Virus record (IMG/VR): IMGVR_UViG_3300029288_004479
Source: a virus
Taxonomy: Duplodnaviria; Heunggongvirae; Uroviricota; Caudoviricetes
Reading direction: 5' to 3' (one strand)
Length of the DNA stretch: 64,000 nucleotides
Below, in pieces: positions 10,194 to 18,773 of this stretch. The translations under genes and the position numbers were made by a program. Under the pieces are notes generated by a model. It was not told the DNA's origin and ran no database searches. It saw nothing but the letters and a program-made list of their open reading frames with translations. Within the stretch, counting starts at the first letter, position 1. Each line of letters starts with the position of its first letter.

Positions 10194-11749
10194 GAGGAAT
10201 GTTATAGATGAGGCAGCAAGAAAACCCCTGTTTTAAAACGGGGGATGAATTGTGTTAATCTATTTTTGTAAAAGTATATAACGTTAAAAAACAAATATAT
10301 GGTGTGGTAATGCAAACGGTATCGATCTATGCACGGCTTACCAAGAAACAGTTTCAAATAGTGGATACGTTAAGTTACCTGTCGAAGAACCTGTATAACG
10401 TCGGGGTGTATAACGCCCGACAGCATTACCACGAGATCCAGTTAGCGGGTTTAAGTAACCTTCGTCCGGATTTGATCAGTCTGTGGATGGATACGAAAAA
10501 GACATATTTACCGTATTCACGCGGGAAAGATAACCCGTATAAGGATTACAGTAATTATAATCGGTCGAAACAGAACGAGAATTACGGATTACTTCATTCG
10601 CAAGCAGCACAACAGACCCTTAAATCCGTTGAAGAGGGGTATATTAGTTTCTTCGGGTTAATAAAACTAAAAACGAGTGACAACGAGGATAATCCAGTGC
10701 GTCCTCCTCATTACCTCGATACCGAACACGGTCGGTATAAAGTGGCGTTTCCACGGAACAGTCTATCAATAAAAAAGAAAGGTGTCACTCTCGGAATGTC
10801 AGTTAAATTCAAGAAACTTCACGGATATACCGGGAAGGAACTGACATTCAAGATCCCGTCGTATCTAAAACCGCACCAGATCCGGGAAGTCACATTGTTA
10901 CCCATCCACGGTGGGAAATGCTATAAACTCTCGTTCAGTTACGAGATAAAAAGTATAAATAAGCCGGAGTTAAACCCCGACAAATACCTTGGTATCGACT
11001 TAGGCGTAAACAACTTTGCGGCACTTATCGAGAACGCTACCGGGACTGCCACTCTGTTAGATGGCAAGTATCTAAAATCACTGAACCGGTGGTATAACAA
11101 GACCAACGCAAAGTTACAGAGCGTCAAAGACAAACAGGGTATCTCGGGAATAACCAATCGTCAACACCGAATGCTTATAAAAAGAGAGAACCGTATCAGC
11201 GAAGCGATTAACCGATACGTAAACTTCGTGATCGACTACGCGATCAGATACAAGATAGGAAACATCGTATGTTTACGATGGGACGGCATCAAGCAGAACC
11301 GCAAAGCTTCCAAAAAAGGTAACCAGAACTTTGTTCAGATACCCTACGATATGTTCCGCACCCGTCTCGAAAACAAATGCAACCTATACGGCATCAAGTA
11401 CCACGGGAAAGACAGCGAAGCATACACGTCACGAACCGACGCTCTCGCATACGACGAGATCAAAGCGCAACCATACGGTAAATCACGCCGTATTAAACGC
11501 GGTCTGTATAAAAGCATTACCGGGGTAATCTTAAACGCTGATATTGTTGGTTCAATGAACCAGATCCGCAAAGTAGCTGGCGACGCTCCTGTAAAGGAAA
11601 TAGCTAGTAGTGGCCGTTTCAACCGGCCTGTGAGAATAAGGTTGGCTTTCGAGCCGGCAAACTTCTCCAAAGTAATTAGAACGAGATGTGTTGTTCACCA
11701 GAACGACCTCCCGCTCAATCCTCCCGTTTTAACGGGAGGTAGTTGAATT
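10194..11749 (+). mobile_element. IS200/IS605-family tnpB-only element (IS1341-type)
   Basis: LE hairpin CCCCTGTTTTAAAACGGGGG at ~10217; RE hairpin CCTCCCGTTTTAACGGGAGG at ~11720; both ends are repeated at 54483-54810. Confidence 0.8.
10310..11746 (+). CDS. tnpB: TnpB RNA-guided nuclease
   Basis: OrfB-like N-terminus; 3' end overlaps the RE/omega-RNA scaffold region. Confidence 0.85.
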   Translation: MQTVSIYARLTKKQFQIVDTLSYLSKNLYNVGVYNARQHYHEIQLAGLSNLRPDLISLWMDTKKTYLPYSRGKDNPYKDYSNYNRSKQNENYGLLHSQAAQQTLKSVEEGYISFFGLIKLKTSDNEDNPVRPPHYLDTEHGRYKVAFPRNSLSIKKKGVTLGMSVKFKKLHGYTGKELTFKIPSYLKPHQIREVTLLPIHGGKCYKLSFSYEIKSINKPELNPDKYLGIDLGVNNFAALIENATGTATLLDGKYLKSLNRWYNKTNAKLQSVKDKQGISGITNRQHRMLIKRENRISEAINRYVNFVIDYAIRYKIGNIVCLRWDGIKQNRKASKKGNQNFVQIPYDMFRTRLENKCNLYGIKYHGKDSEAYTSRTDALAYDEIKAQPYGKSRRIKRGLYKSITGVILNADIVGSMNQIRKVAGDAPVKEIASSGRFNRPVRIRLAFEPANFSKVIRTRCVVHQNDLPLNPPVLTGGS

Positions 11750-11975
11750 CAAACGGCTGGGAGAAGTAATTGAAAAGCACCCAATTGGAGTGCATGCCGT
11801 GGAAACATCGTTTCCATATGATGTAAAGGAATAAGGGGTATTCAGTAATGACAAAACTACTCAAGTTATCTTATGTGAGAATGATCCGTGGAAAAAAGGA
11901 ATGTGCTGAATTGGAAAAACAAATTGAAAAAGACTTTAAACATAAAAAAATAATTAAATTATAATACAATATTGT

Positions 11976-12064
11976 GCGCACGTAGGAAAGCGGATTATTC
12001 CACCGGACTTCTATCGTAAAAGGAAGATATCCGGATATCGTGGGTTCAAATCCCATCGTGCGCG
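11976..12064 (+). tRNA. tRNA-Arg(UCU) with 15-nt canonical-position intron (12014-12028)
   Basis: Acceptor GCGCACG/CGTGCGC; T-arm GTGGGTTCAAATCCCAT; anticodon CUUCUA pairs with intron GAAG (BHB). Confidence 0.75.
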
Positions 12065-12301
12065 TGCGCCCGGAACGGAAGCATCGAACGCATCCTTAAC
12101 TAAGATGCGGGGTAAATACCAGATGTATGACCGGAACAGATTGGGGCTATCCTAATCGAGGGGTTTAAGTCCCCGATCTGTGGCGTAGGCACTTCGGTGC
12201 CATAATAATAGAAGAACAGTGCGCTCGTAGTCTAGCCCGGACAAGGCTCCAGATTCCTAATCTGTTTGTCATGGGTTCAAATCCCCTCGGGATCGTTTAT
12301 T

Positions 12302-12628
12302 ATGATGAACTCAAAAGGATTTGGCATTATTATATGTCTTGGTATTATGGGGGTAGGTCTTCTTATCTCCTGTCATATTTGGAATGCATTAGATATCAGT
12401 CCCATAATAATTATCGAAAAAGAGATCACGGTAAAAGAATATGGGTATCAGTTGGACATTCCTTATGTGATGGATACGAATAATAATAAGTATGGATACC
12501 TAGTGGAAAACAGAAGTATAATGGATCTAAAACCCGGTTCGAAATATATAGTAACCATCACCATCGATTCATATGGGAACAAAGGAATTAAATCAATGGA
12601 TCAGTTAAGTGACGGCAAAAACCATTAA
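12302..12628 (+). CDS. hypothetical secreted/membrane protein
   Basis: N-terminal hydrophobic segment; the listed upstream start overlaps a tRNA-like region. Confidence 0.4.
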   Translation: MMNSKGFGIIICLGIMGVGLLISCHIWNALDISPIIIIEKEITVKEYGYQLDIPYVMDTNNNKYGYLVENRSIMDLKPGSKYIVTITIDSYGNKGIKSMDQLSDGKNH

Positions 12629-12652
12629 ATATATATAAACGAACTATTACCT

Positions 12653-13006
12653 ATGGCATCACAAAGTTATATTGAACACGTATCAATTAATGATGTCAAC
12701 GCTTGGAACTTAGCTATGACTTTGTTATGGTGCGGATTTTGGGGATTAGTTGGAATAATAACCGCTCTAACGCCATCTGAAGACACAAGTGTGTATGCAA
12801 TGATAATAGGATATATTATTGTCATGGCCTTTGCAGTAGGTCTTCCAGTGTGTTCCGGTATATTAACAGCCGGAATTGCAAAAAAGAAAAAAATGAATAC
12901 GAATATTGCATATTTTAATGGATTTATGTTACCAGTATTGGGGATTGTAATATTCGCTCTCGCCGATGTACCTGAAGAAAAGGGAGAACAACCACAAGAA
13001 TCATAA
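12653..13006 (+). CDS. membrane protein
   Basis: 3-4 predicted TM helices. Confidence 0.45.
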   Translation: MASQSYIEHVSINDVNAWNLAMTLLWCGFWGLVGIITALTPSEDTSVYAMIIGYIIVMAFAVGLPVCSGILTAGIAKKKKMNTNIAYFNGFMLPVLGIVIFALADVPEEKGEQPQES

Positions 13007-13037
13007 AAACTAATGTTATATATACCGGAGAACCAAA

Positions 13038-13370
13038 ATGCCAGTCAAAATCAATTGGGACAAATCAGTTAAATCTATAACGGCAGGAGGCAATTTTATA
13101 TTACCATTAAAAGAAATACCTCTCTCTAAAATCGAGACCTCCCTTTTATCAACAAGAACATCATTTAATGTGAAAAAGATTGAGTCGTTAAAGAAATCTA
13201 TGGTTAACCAAGAAAAAATTCCACCGATTCTTATGGATAGAACACATAATAAAAATTTCAAACCATATAGGATCTTCGATGGGCATCATCGTTATTATGC
13301 AACATTAGATCTGTTGGGCGAATCGGGGAAGATAATGGCGTTTGTTGTGCCGCCATTAAGTAAAAGGTAA
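13038..13370 (+). CDS. hypothetical protein with DGHHR motif (ParB/Srx-like fold, tentative)
   Basis: FDGHHRYYA motif. Confidence 0.35.
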   Translation: MPVKINWDKSVKSITAGGNFILPLKEIPLSKIETSLLSTRTSFNVKKIESLKKSMVNQEKIPPILMDRTHNKNFKPYRIFDGHHRYYATLDLLGESGKIMAFVVPPLSKR

Positions 13371-13440
13371 GTGCAATTCTGGAAGATAAGTATAAGTATT
13401 TAGTAATAATATATCATAACAGGGGAAGAAGTGAGGAGAA

Positions 13441-13662
13441 ATGGTAACATTTAGGGGAGACCCGCCAGTATATAGGCCAGAACCGCAGACAAAAATCGAC
13501 GCCCTCGTTCGAAAACACACGGGGTATCGTAGTTTAGTTGAACTGTGTAAAAACAATCCGACACTACGCACACCCCAGAATGCGAGTGAGCGTACAAAGA
13601 AGGATTTTGCACAGTTAAGGAAAGCATATAAGCGAGTAACTGGAAAATCTGCGGTGAAATAA
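13441..13662 (+). CDS. hypothetical protein
   Basis: GGAG SD upstream. Confidence 0.35.
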   Translation: MVTFRGDPPVYRPEPQTKIDALVRKHTGYRSLVELCKNNPTLRTPQNASERTKKDFAQLRKAYKRVTGKSAVK

Positions 13663-13961
13663 TGACTGAATTAAAAGGGTTTGGATCAATAAAAGGGGAT
13701 AACACGGGTGAAATGTATCCCAGTGCAAGACGCATCCACACCCACTTATTTTTGTATTTTGATGATTTCCCAACAAGACCTCAGGCAGAATACTTTATAA
13801 AAGGTCGGCAGGGCAAACTCTCGCATATCAGTCCATCCACGAAAAAACCCATGTATTTGGAGTATATTATCATTCCATATAAATGGGAGTTGAAAGGCAA
13901 ACAATCTACAACATATGCAGTATATCAACGATATGCTCATAGGAAACCAAAAGGTGCATAA
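13662..13961 (+). CDS. hypothetical protein, paralog family (shared with 14491..14817)
   Basis: C-terminal TTYAVYQRYAHRKPKG versus TAYGVYYRYTTWKPKG. Confidence 0.45.
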   Translation: MTELKGFGSIKGDNTGEMYPSARRIHTHLFLYFDDFPTRPQAEYFIKGRQGKLSHISPSTKKPMYLEYIIIPYKWELKGKQSTTYAVYQRYAHRKPKGA

Positions 13962-13962
13962 A

Positions 13963-14298
13963 ATGGTTCCACACAATTTATTGATACTTACCTTCCCGAG
14001 AAATGTAAACCTCAAATTAACAAAAGAATTGGCAGAGACGCTTGCAGAGTTATACGACGGAATGTACAAAGGTCATGCAGTTGGGTTAGGCAAAGCAGAT
14101 GAATATATCTATTATCTCCGTAAATCAAACATTGAACCGTCTTTAAAAAAATTAAGAAGGATGATTACGGAATCAGATAAGTATCCAAAATCAATTAGTT
14201 TTACGATCAGAGATACAAGAGAGACCATGAATAAAGCAATAACCGGACAGGTAATAGCCGGAAAAGAGATCAGTGTCAAAAAACAAAGGAGGAAATAA
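13963..14298 (+). CDS. hypothetical protein
   Basis: ATG directly after the upstream stop, with GGTG SD. Confidence 0.4.
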   Translation: MVPHNLLILTFPRNVNLKLTKELAETLAELYDGMYKGHAVGLGKADEYIYYLRKSNIEPSLKKLRRMITESDKYPKSISFTIRDTRETMNKAITGQVIAGKEISVKKQRRK

Positions 14299-14484
14299 AT
14301 GGCAATAAAAAACAACAAAGATCCGAGGAAATCAAAATATATTGTAATAGGAGATCCGACTTTTTGTGAGCCGACAGTATGGGGATTCAACACACTTGCA
14401 GATGCAAATGTAGCATTTAAAGATTTAAGTCAGATGGAAGATACAATTCTGGTAAGTGTGATTAAATCAGCGTATCGCAGGTAA
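14299..14484 (+). CDS. hypothetical protein
   Basis: AAGGAGG SD upstream. Confidence 0.35.
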   Translation: MAIKNNKDPRKSKYIVIGDPTFCEPTVWGFNTLADANVAFKDLSQMEDTILVSVIKSAYRR

Positions 14485-14490
14485 CAAACA

Positions 14491-14817
14491 ATGGCAATAA
14501 AAGCAACGTTACATCCGGCAGATTTCAGATTGGGTTTTGGAACGGTTAAAGGAGAGAATACTGATAACTTTATATTTCCCGGTGCAAAGAATGTTCGTGG
14601 ACATATGTTTGTTTTTTGGGATGATTATACTTTATTAAAAGATGCGGAAAAGTTCAAGAAAGATAGTAATTGGAAAGTTGAGGGGAGAGAAGATAAAACC
14701 GGAAAAAAAGTCTATCGTGAACTAGAAGTATTAGAATTCTCACGGATTGTCGATAACAAACCAAAAACGGCGTATGGTGTATATTACCGGTATACTACGT
14801 GGAAACCAAAGGGGTGA
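14491..14817 (+). CDS. hypothetical protein, paralog of 13662..13961
   Basis: Shared GFG(S/T)(I/V)KG(D/E)NT N-terminal and YRY..KPKG C-terminal blocks. Confidence 0.45.
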   Translation: MAIKATLHPADFRLGFGTVKGENTDNFIFPGAKNVRGHMFVFWDDYTLLKDAEKFKKDSNWKVEGREDKTGKKVYRELEVLEFSRIVDNKPKTAYGVYYRYTTWKPKG

Positions 14818-14823
14818 ATCAAA

Positions 14824-15546
14824 GTGAAAAAGGAAGAAAACGTATATGTAAAAACCATTCACGGTGGCCCGGGGGAAGTTAGGGCGTGGTTAAACAAACA
14901 GCCGGGGTTTGTAAATGGAACTTCCGAGTATTATATATCCCCGATTGACAAAGACGGAAAAGAAATTATCATACCGGTAAAGAGAAGAAATCTTATTTTA
15001 GAAGATTACCCTACTGACAGATGGAGGTTATATAGATCAACAAATATCATGCTCGCCAACGTCCCAAAGAAACAACCGTTTTTAGATATGGGCGCTCGTG
15101 CGAACCCGCACCCATATGCGACAGATGCTACAGAGGTAGGCCCAAGAAGATGGGTAAACCAACAAGTTAGAGAAGAAGAAACGGAAGGCAGAATGAATCT
15201 CGATCTATTCAGGAATCGATTAAAAAAAGATTTAAAATATCATTTTGAATTTGATTATAATAGAAGAAAATTACCATACCCGGACAATCATTTTGAAGTA
15301 GTGTATTCAAGAGGATCAATGACATATGCAGCGACACAGCACGCATATAAAGAAGTATATCGTGTGCTCAAACATGGTGGCAAATTAATATTGGATACGG
15401 GTGCATCAGAAAGAAGTATAACAAAAACAATAGATACATTAAAAAAATACGGATTTAAAAACGTAACATTTAAACAACGTGATGCATACAAACTCGAAAA
15501 TGTAAAAGGGGTTCATTTTTCAGGGTTAATTATTGGGGTAAAATAA
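14824..15546 (+). CDS. protein with divergent class-I SAM methyltransferase-like C-terminal domain
   Basis: LPYPDNHFEVVYS...RVLKHGGKLIL (MTase post-I/II motifs); paralog of 23254..23691. Confidence 0.45.
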   Translation: MKKEENVYVKTIHGGPGEVRAWLNKQPGFVNGTSEYYISPIDKDGKEIIIPVKRRNLILEDYPTDRWRLYRSTNIMLANVPKKQPFLDMGARANPHPYATDATEVGPRRWVNQQVREEETEGRMNLDLFRNRLKKDLKYHFEFDYNRRKLPYPDNHFEVVYSRGSMTYAATQHAYKEVYRVLKHGGKLILDTGASERSITKTIDTLKKYGFKNVTFKQRDAYKLENVKGVHFSGLIIGVK

Positions 15547-15736
15547 GGAGAGGAAAAAAATGGTAACAACTATTGTCATAACAAAACGAAGCAGCGACTA
15601 TCACGCACAAATAAAAGGCGAACCCGGGTTATGGGCAGCAGGGAGATCACCACGGTGTGCAGTGGGAGATCTGATAATGTCCCATAAAGAATATTTCGGG
15701 ATAGTGATCAAACAGAACAGTAAATAGTGAAATATT

Positions 15737-15967
15737 ATGACAGACTATCTAGAAGCGCACCCGGGGTTCCCACAAAAAATAGATAATAAAGTATACACGA
15801 TTAAGTGGATGTATTCAAAGAAAGAAGATGCTAAAGAAGCGATTATCAGAATAAAAAAAGAAGGGAAATATGAAGAAGTGCGCCTCTACCCAAGAATAAT
15901 CAATGGGAAATTATATGGTAAACACCCTTGGTGTATAGCAGTTCGTGGAAGAAAAAAGAAAGTGTAA
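15737..15967 (+). CDS. hypothetical protein
   Basis: 76 aa ORF. Confidence 0.4.
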   Translation: MTDYLEAHPGFPQKIDNKVYTIKWMYSKKEDAKEAIIRIKKEGKYEEVRLYPRIINGKLYGKHPWCIAVRGRKKKV

Positions 15968-15986
15968 TCAAAGGAGGTAATAGAAA

Positions 15987-16286
15987 ATGAACAACATCTC
16001 GAAAAAGTGGGATCTGAATAGAATACCAGAGAAATGGACATTCAGCAAAGAACAAGCAGAATCGGTGTATAAGAAATCTATTGCAACAGCACGAGGTAAA
16101 TTACAGCCCGGTGTGCCAAGAGCATACCTTAAACGCAAAGTTAACGACAGGTATTATTATAGGGTCTGTTATTTACAACCCGGAGAACAAAGAAACTTTG
16201 CGAGAGATTTGTGGGCATCGTACGGGTATTATACATATTACGACAGCAAATATCCCGATGGATTTTACGTTAGGAAAGGACAATAA
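15987..16286 (+). CDS. hypothetical protein
   Basis: AAAGGAGG SD upstream. Confidence 0.4.
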   Translation: MNNISKKWDLNRIPEKWTFSKEQAESVYKKSIATARGKLQPGVPRAYLKRKVNDRYYYRVCYLQPGEQRNFARDLWASYGYYTYYDSKYPDGFYVRKGQ

Positions 16287-16288
16287 CC

Positions 16289-16519
16289 ATGAAGTGGCAA
16301 CGACAGAAATCTGTAAGAGATCGACGGTTTCATCTTCCAAGAAGTGATATGAGGTGCGGGCAGGACTGGCATTATTTCCAAACATTATGTCGAAAGGAGA
16401 TAAAAGCTCCGTATAACCAGTGGGAAATTAAAGAAGATCCGCCAGAGAGTAAATGTTGTAAGGAATGTTTAGAGATCATAAAAAAGAAAGGAAACACACC
16501 AACTAAAAAAACAAGTTAA
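16289..16519 (+). CDS. hypothetical Cys-containing protein
   Basis: 76 aa ORF. Confidence 0.35.
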   Translation: MKWQRQKSVRDRRFHLPRSDMRCGQDWHYFQTLCRKEIKAPYNQWEIKEDPPESKCCKECLEIIKKKGNTPTKKTS

Positions 16520-16535
16520 AAAGAGGTAACCGGAA

Positions 16536-16775
16536 ATGCCAACAAAAGGAATATTCTACGACGAAAACAAAAAAGAACTCATGGGTTCTGACAGCATGTT
16601 TGTATGTGATGGAAGGTTAAATAGACACAGTATAATTATGGATGCAAAACGTCACAGGGAATTATATAAGAAGCATCTTAAACACATCTATAACAAAATG
16701 GTATATTTAAGATTATACAAAGGATCTCTGCGAAACCCATCATTCTATACGGGGTATATTGATTTAAGGGAGTAA
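16536..16775 (+). CDS. hypothetical protein
   Basis: AAGAGG SD upstream. Confidence 0.4.
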   Translation: MPTKGIFYDENKKELMGSDSMFVCDGRLNRHSIIMDAKRHRELYKKHLKHIYNKMVYLRLYKGSLRNPSFYTGYIDLRE

Positions 16776-16777
16776 TA

Positions 16778-17041
16778 ATGTGTAAATTATTGGGATCAGA
16801 AAAGGAACTTTTTGGCAAACCCTTTGTACTTATTGGAATGATCAATGGCGAATCAAAAGAAGATGTTGATAAGTACGCGAAAAAAGAACTTTCACGTCTA
16901 AAAAAGAATCCAAAAACGATACGCAGCGAGATAGTAAAAGAGGCGTTACGATCAGAGAAATGGGAGCCGAGATTGTTATTCTGTCACAGGGAAAAAACAA
17001 AGTTAAATTATAATTTATATCTTGTCAAAGTGAGTAAATAG
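16778..17041 (+). CDS. hypothetical protein
   Basis: 87 aa ORF. Confidence 0.4.
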   Translation: MCKLLGSEKELFGKPFVLIGMINGESKEDVDKYAKKELSRLKKNPKTIRSEIVKEALRSEKWEPRLLFCHREKTKLNYNLYLVKVSK

Positions 17042-17428
17042 ATGGCAAAGAAATCATTGACCCTTAAACAGTTGAAGAGATACGCATCAAGAAAGGGAAA
17101 GATCGTAACAGATCGCCCAATTAAAACAACCTTGGAAGACTTACCAAAAAACAAAGCGGGTAGAAGTTACGATTATCACTGCGATGAACAAAACAAGAGG
17201 TTAATTACAGCATATGGTGTAGGGATAGACAGCGCATATTTTAACCAGAATAAGTATAATCGAGAAGAAATTTATCAGATCTTTCTACACGAGTTAGCTC
17301 ACATCCCGGTTCCATCTGGTCACGGGCCAAGATACAAACGATTCGCAAGAAAGTTGGGTGTAGATGAAGATCATATGAAACAAGTGATCCCAAGAACAAA
17401 ACTTATTTACACTCAAAAACACAAATAA
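17042..17428 (+). CDS. SprT-like zinc metalloprotease
   Basis: IFLHELAHIPVPSGH (HExxH...H). Confidence 0.6.
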   Translation: MAKKSLTLKQLKRYASRKGKIVTDRPIKTTLEDLPKNKAGRSYDYHCDEQNKRLITAYGVGIDSAYFNQNKYNREEIYQIFLHELAHIPVPSGHGPRYKRFARKLGVDEDHMKQVIPRTKLIYTQKHK

Positions 17429-17798
17429 AAGAATTATCATTTCTCTAATATATAAATAAAATTCACGACGTGAGTATATAGGTTAAATATAAATAGAATG
17501 AAAAATTGCTATATATTCGATAACTATATATACACCATTCAACCTCCAATATGTTAGAAACGTATTTAATGTTAAATAACATAATATCTACAATAAAGGC
17601 AAATTATGGTTGATATCATCGCATTCACAATACCGAACACACCAGCAGTTCATGCACTTGTATGTTTAGCCATAGCGTTAAGTATGTTTGGGACATATAA
17701 ATTTTTAGATAATATGAACTTCTTCATCAAACACCGCAAAGAAGTTGTTGAATATATCCGTGCTTGGCGGAACGGACACGAGTAATATTGTGTTCGTT

Positions 17799-17871
17799 GG
17801 GTTTGTAGCATAGTAACAAGTGCGTTCGCCTCCAAAGCGAAAAGGCGAGGGTGCAATTCCCTTCAAGCCCA
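17799..17871 (+). tRNA. tRNA-Trp(CCA) with atypical T-loop (UGCAAUU, G at position 55)
   Basis: Acceptor GGGTTTG/CAAGCCC; D-stem GCAT/GTGC; anticodon arm TTCGC-CTCCAAA-GCGAA. Confidence 0.65.
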
Positions 17872-17893
17872 TTAAATAAATGTGGTGGTATTA

Positions 17894-18069
17894 TGTCAAA
17901 TCTCTGGTTTAAACTGTTCTATTCATATTTTATTATCGGAGGGATATCTCTTTTGCTCTTAATTGTTGTAGAGAAAAGCACAAACCCCCCATTTGGTGAA
18001 CTAATTCAAATCATAATAGGGGGGATAGCTTGTGCTTTTGGTGTATGGTTATCAATGATGGATCAATAA
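17894..18069 (+). CDS. small membrane protein; a paralogous small ORF lies at ~18129-18307
   Basis: Two TM segments; the listed upstream start overlaps tRNA-Trp. Confidence 0.4.
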
Positions 18070-18358
18070 ACTATATATTTACAGTTAAACGAATAATACT
18101 TCGTTAGAGTAAAAAAGGGCGGTCTTACATTGGATATAGGGGAGACGATTATCAAATTGTTATATTTAACTAATATTGCTATTGGAGGATATTTTTTGCT
18201 TATAATTACAGTAATGAAAAACGCGAATTCGCCGGTTGGTGTGATTCTCTCTATTGTGTGGAGTGGTGGTTTATGTGTATGGGGGGTATGGGGTTTAATG
18301 CAGGAATAAACACCGATAAAATATATATACTTATAACTTAAAAATCACAATACGGTGA

Positions 18359-18601
18359 ATGAAGATGGAGAAGAAAATAATTGGGTATATGTTTGGAGAA
18401 ACAACCTTTAAAATGGTTCCTTCAATTAAAGAAGCGGAAAGATTTAAACAACATTTGGAGAATAAATATAAAATGCCCTCATCAAAAATTAAAATACTAC
18501 TTAAGAAAACATTTTTATATGTTTACTACCCGAAACCAGTGCCGTTATATGATGACGACGATGAAAGTTTGAGCAGTTATGAGAGGAAACAAAAAAAGTA
18601 G
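18359..18601 (+). CDS. hypothetical Lys-rich protein
   Basis: 80 aa ORF. Confidence 0.35.
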   Translation: MKMEKKIIGYMFGETTFKMVPSIKEAERFKQHLENKYKMPSSKIKILLKKTFLYVYYPKPVPLYDDDDESLSSYERKQKK

Positions 18602-18638
18602 ATATTAAATACAATCAACACATACTTTTTAGATAATT

Positions 18639-18773
18639 ATGGAATCAAGGTTTACAGCAACGGGCGGAGAATATTTGGGCACGTCCCAAGTCACCGCAGA
18701 TCAAAAGGCGTCGGCAGAGAGCACAAAAGAGTACTTAAAGAACGGTCTCTACAAAGAACGCAACAAGAATTGA
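18639..18773 (+). CDS. 44-codon ORF in frame with downstream aRF1, separated only by TGA (18771-18773)
   Basis: ATG start; same frame as the aRF1 core. Confidence 0.4.
   Translation: MESRFTATGGEYLGTSQVTADQKASAESTKEYLKNGLYKERNKN

Noticed and set aside
11871-12056. ORF on the minus strand overlapping tRNA-Arg
   Set aside because: It is fully contained in a tRNA gene and its intron.
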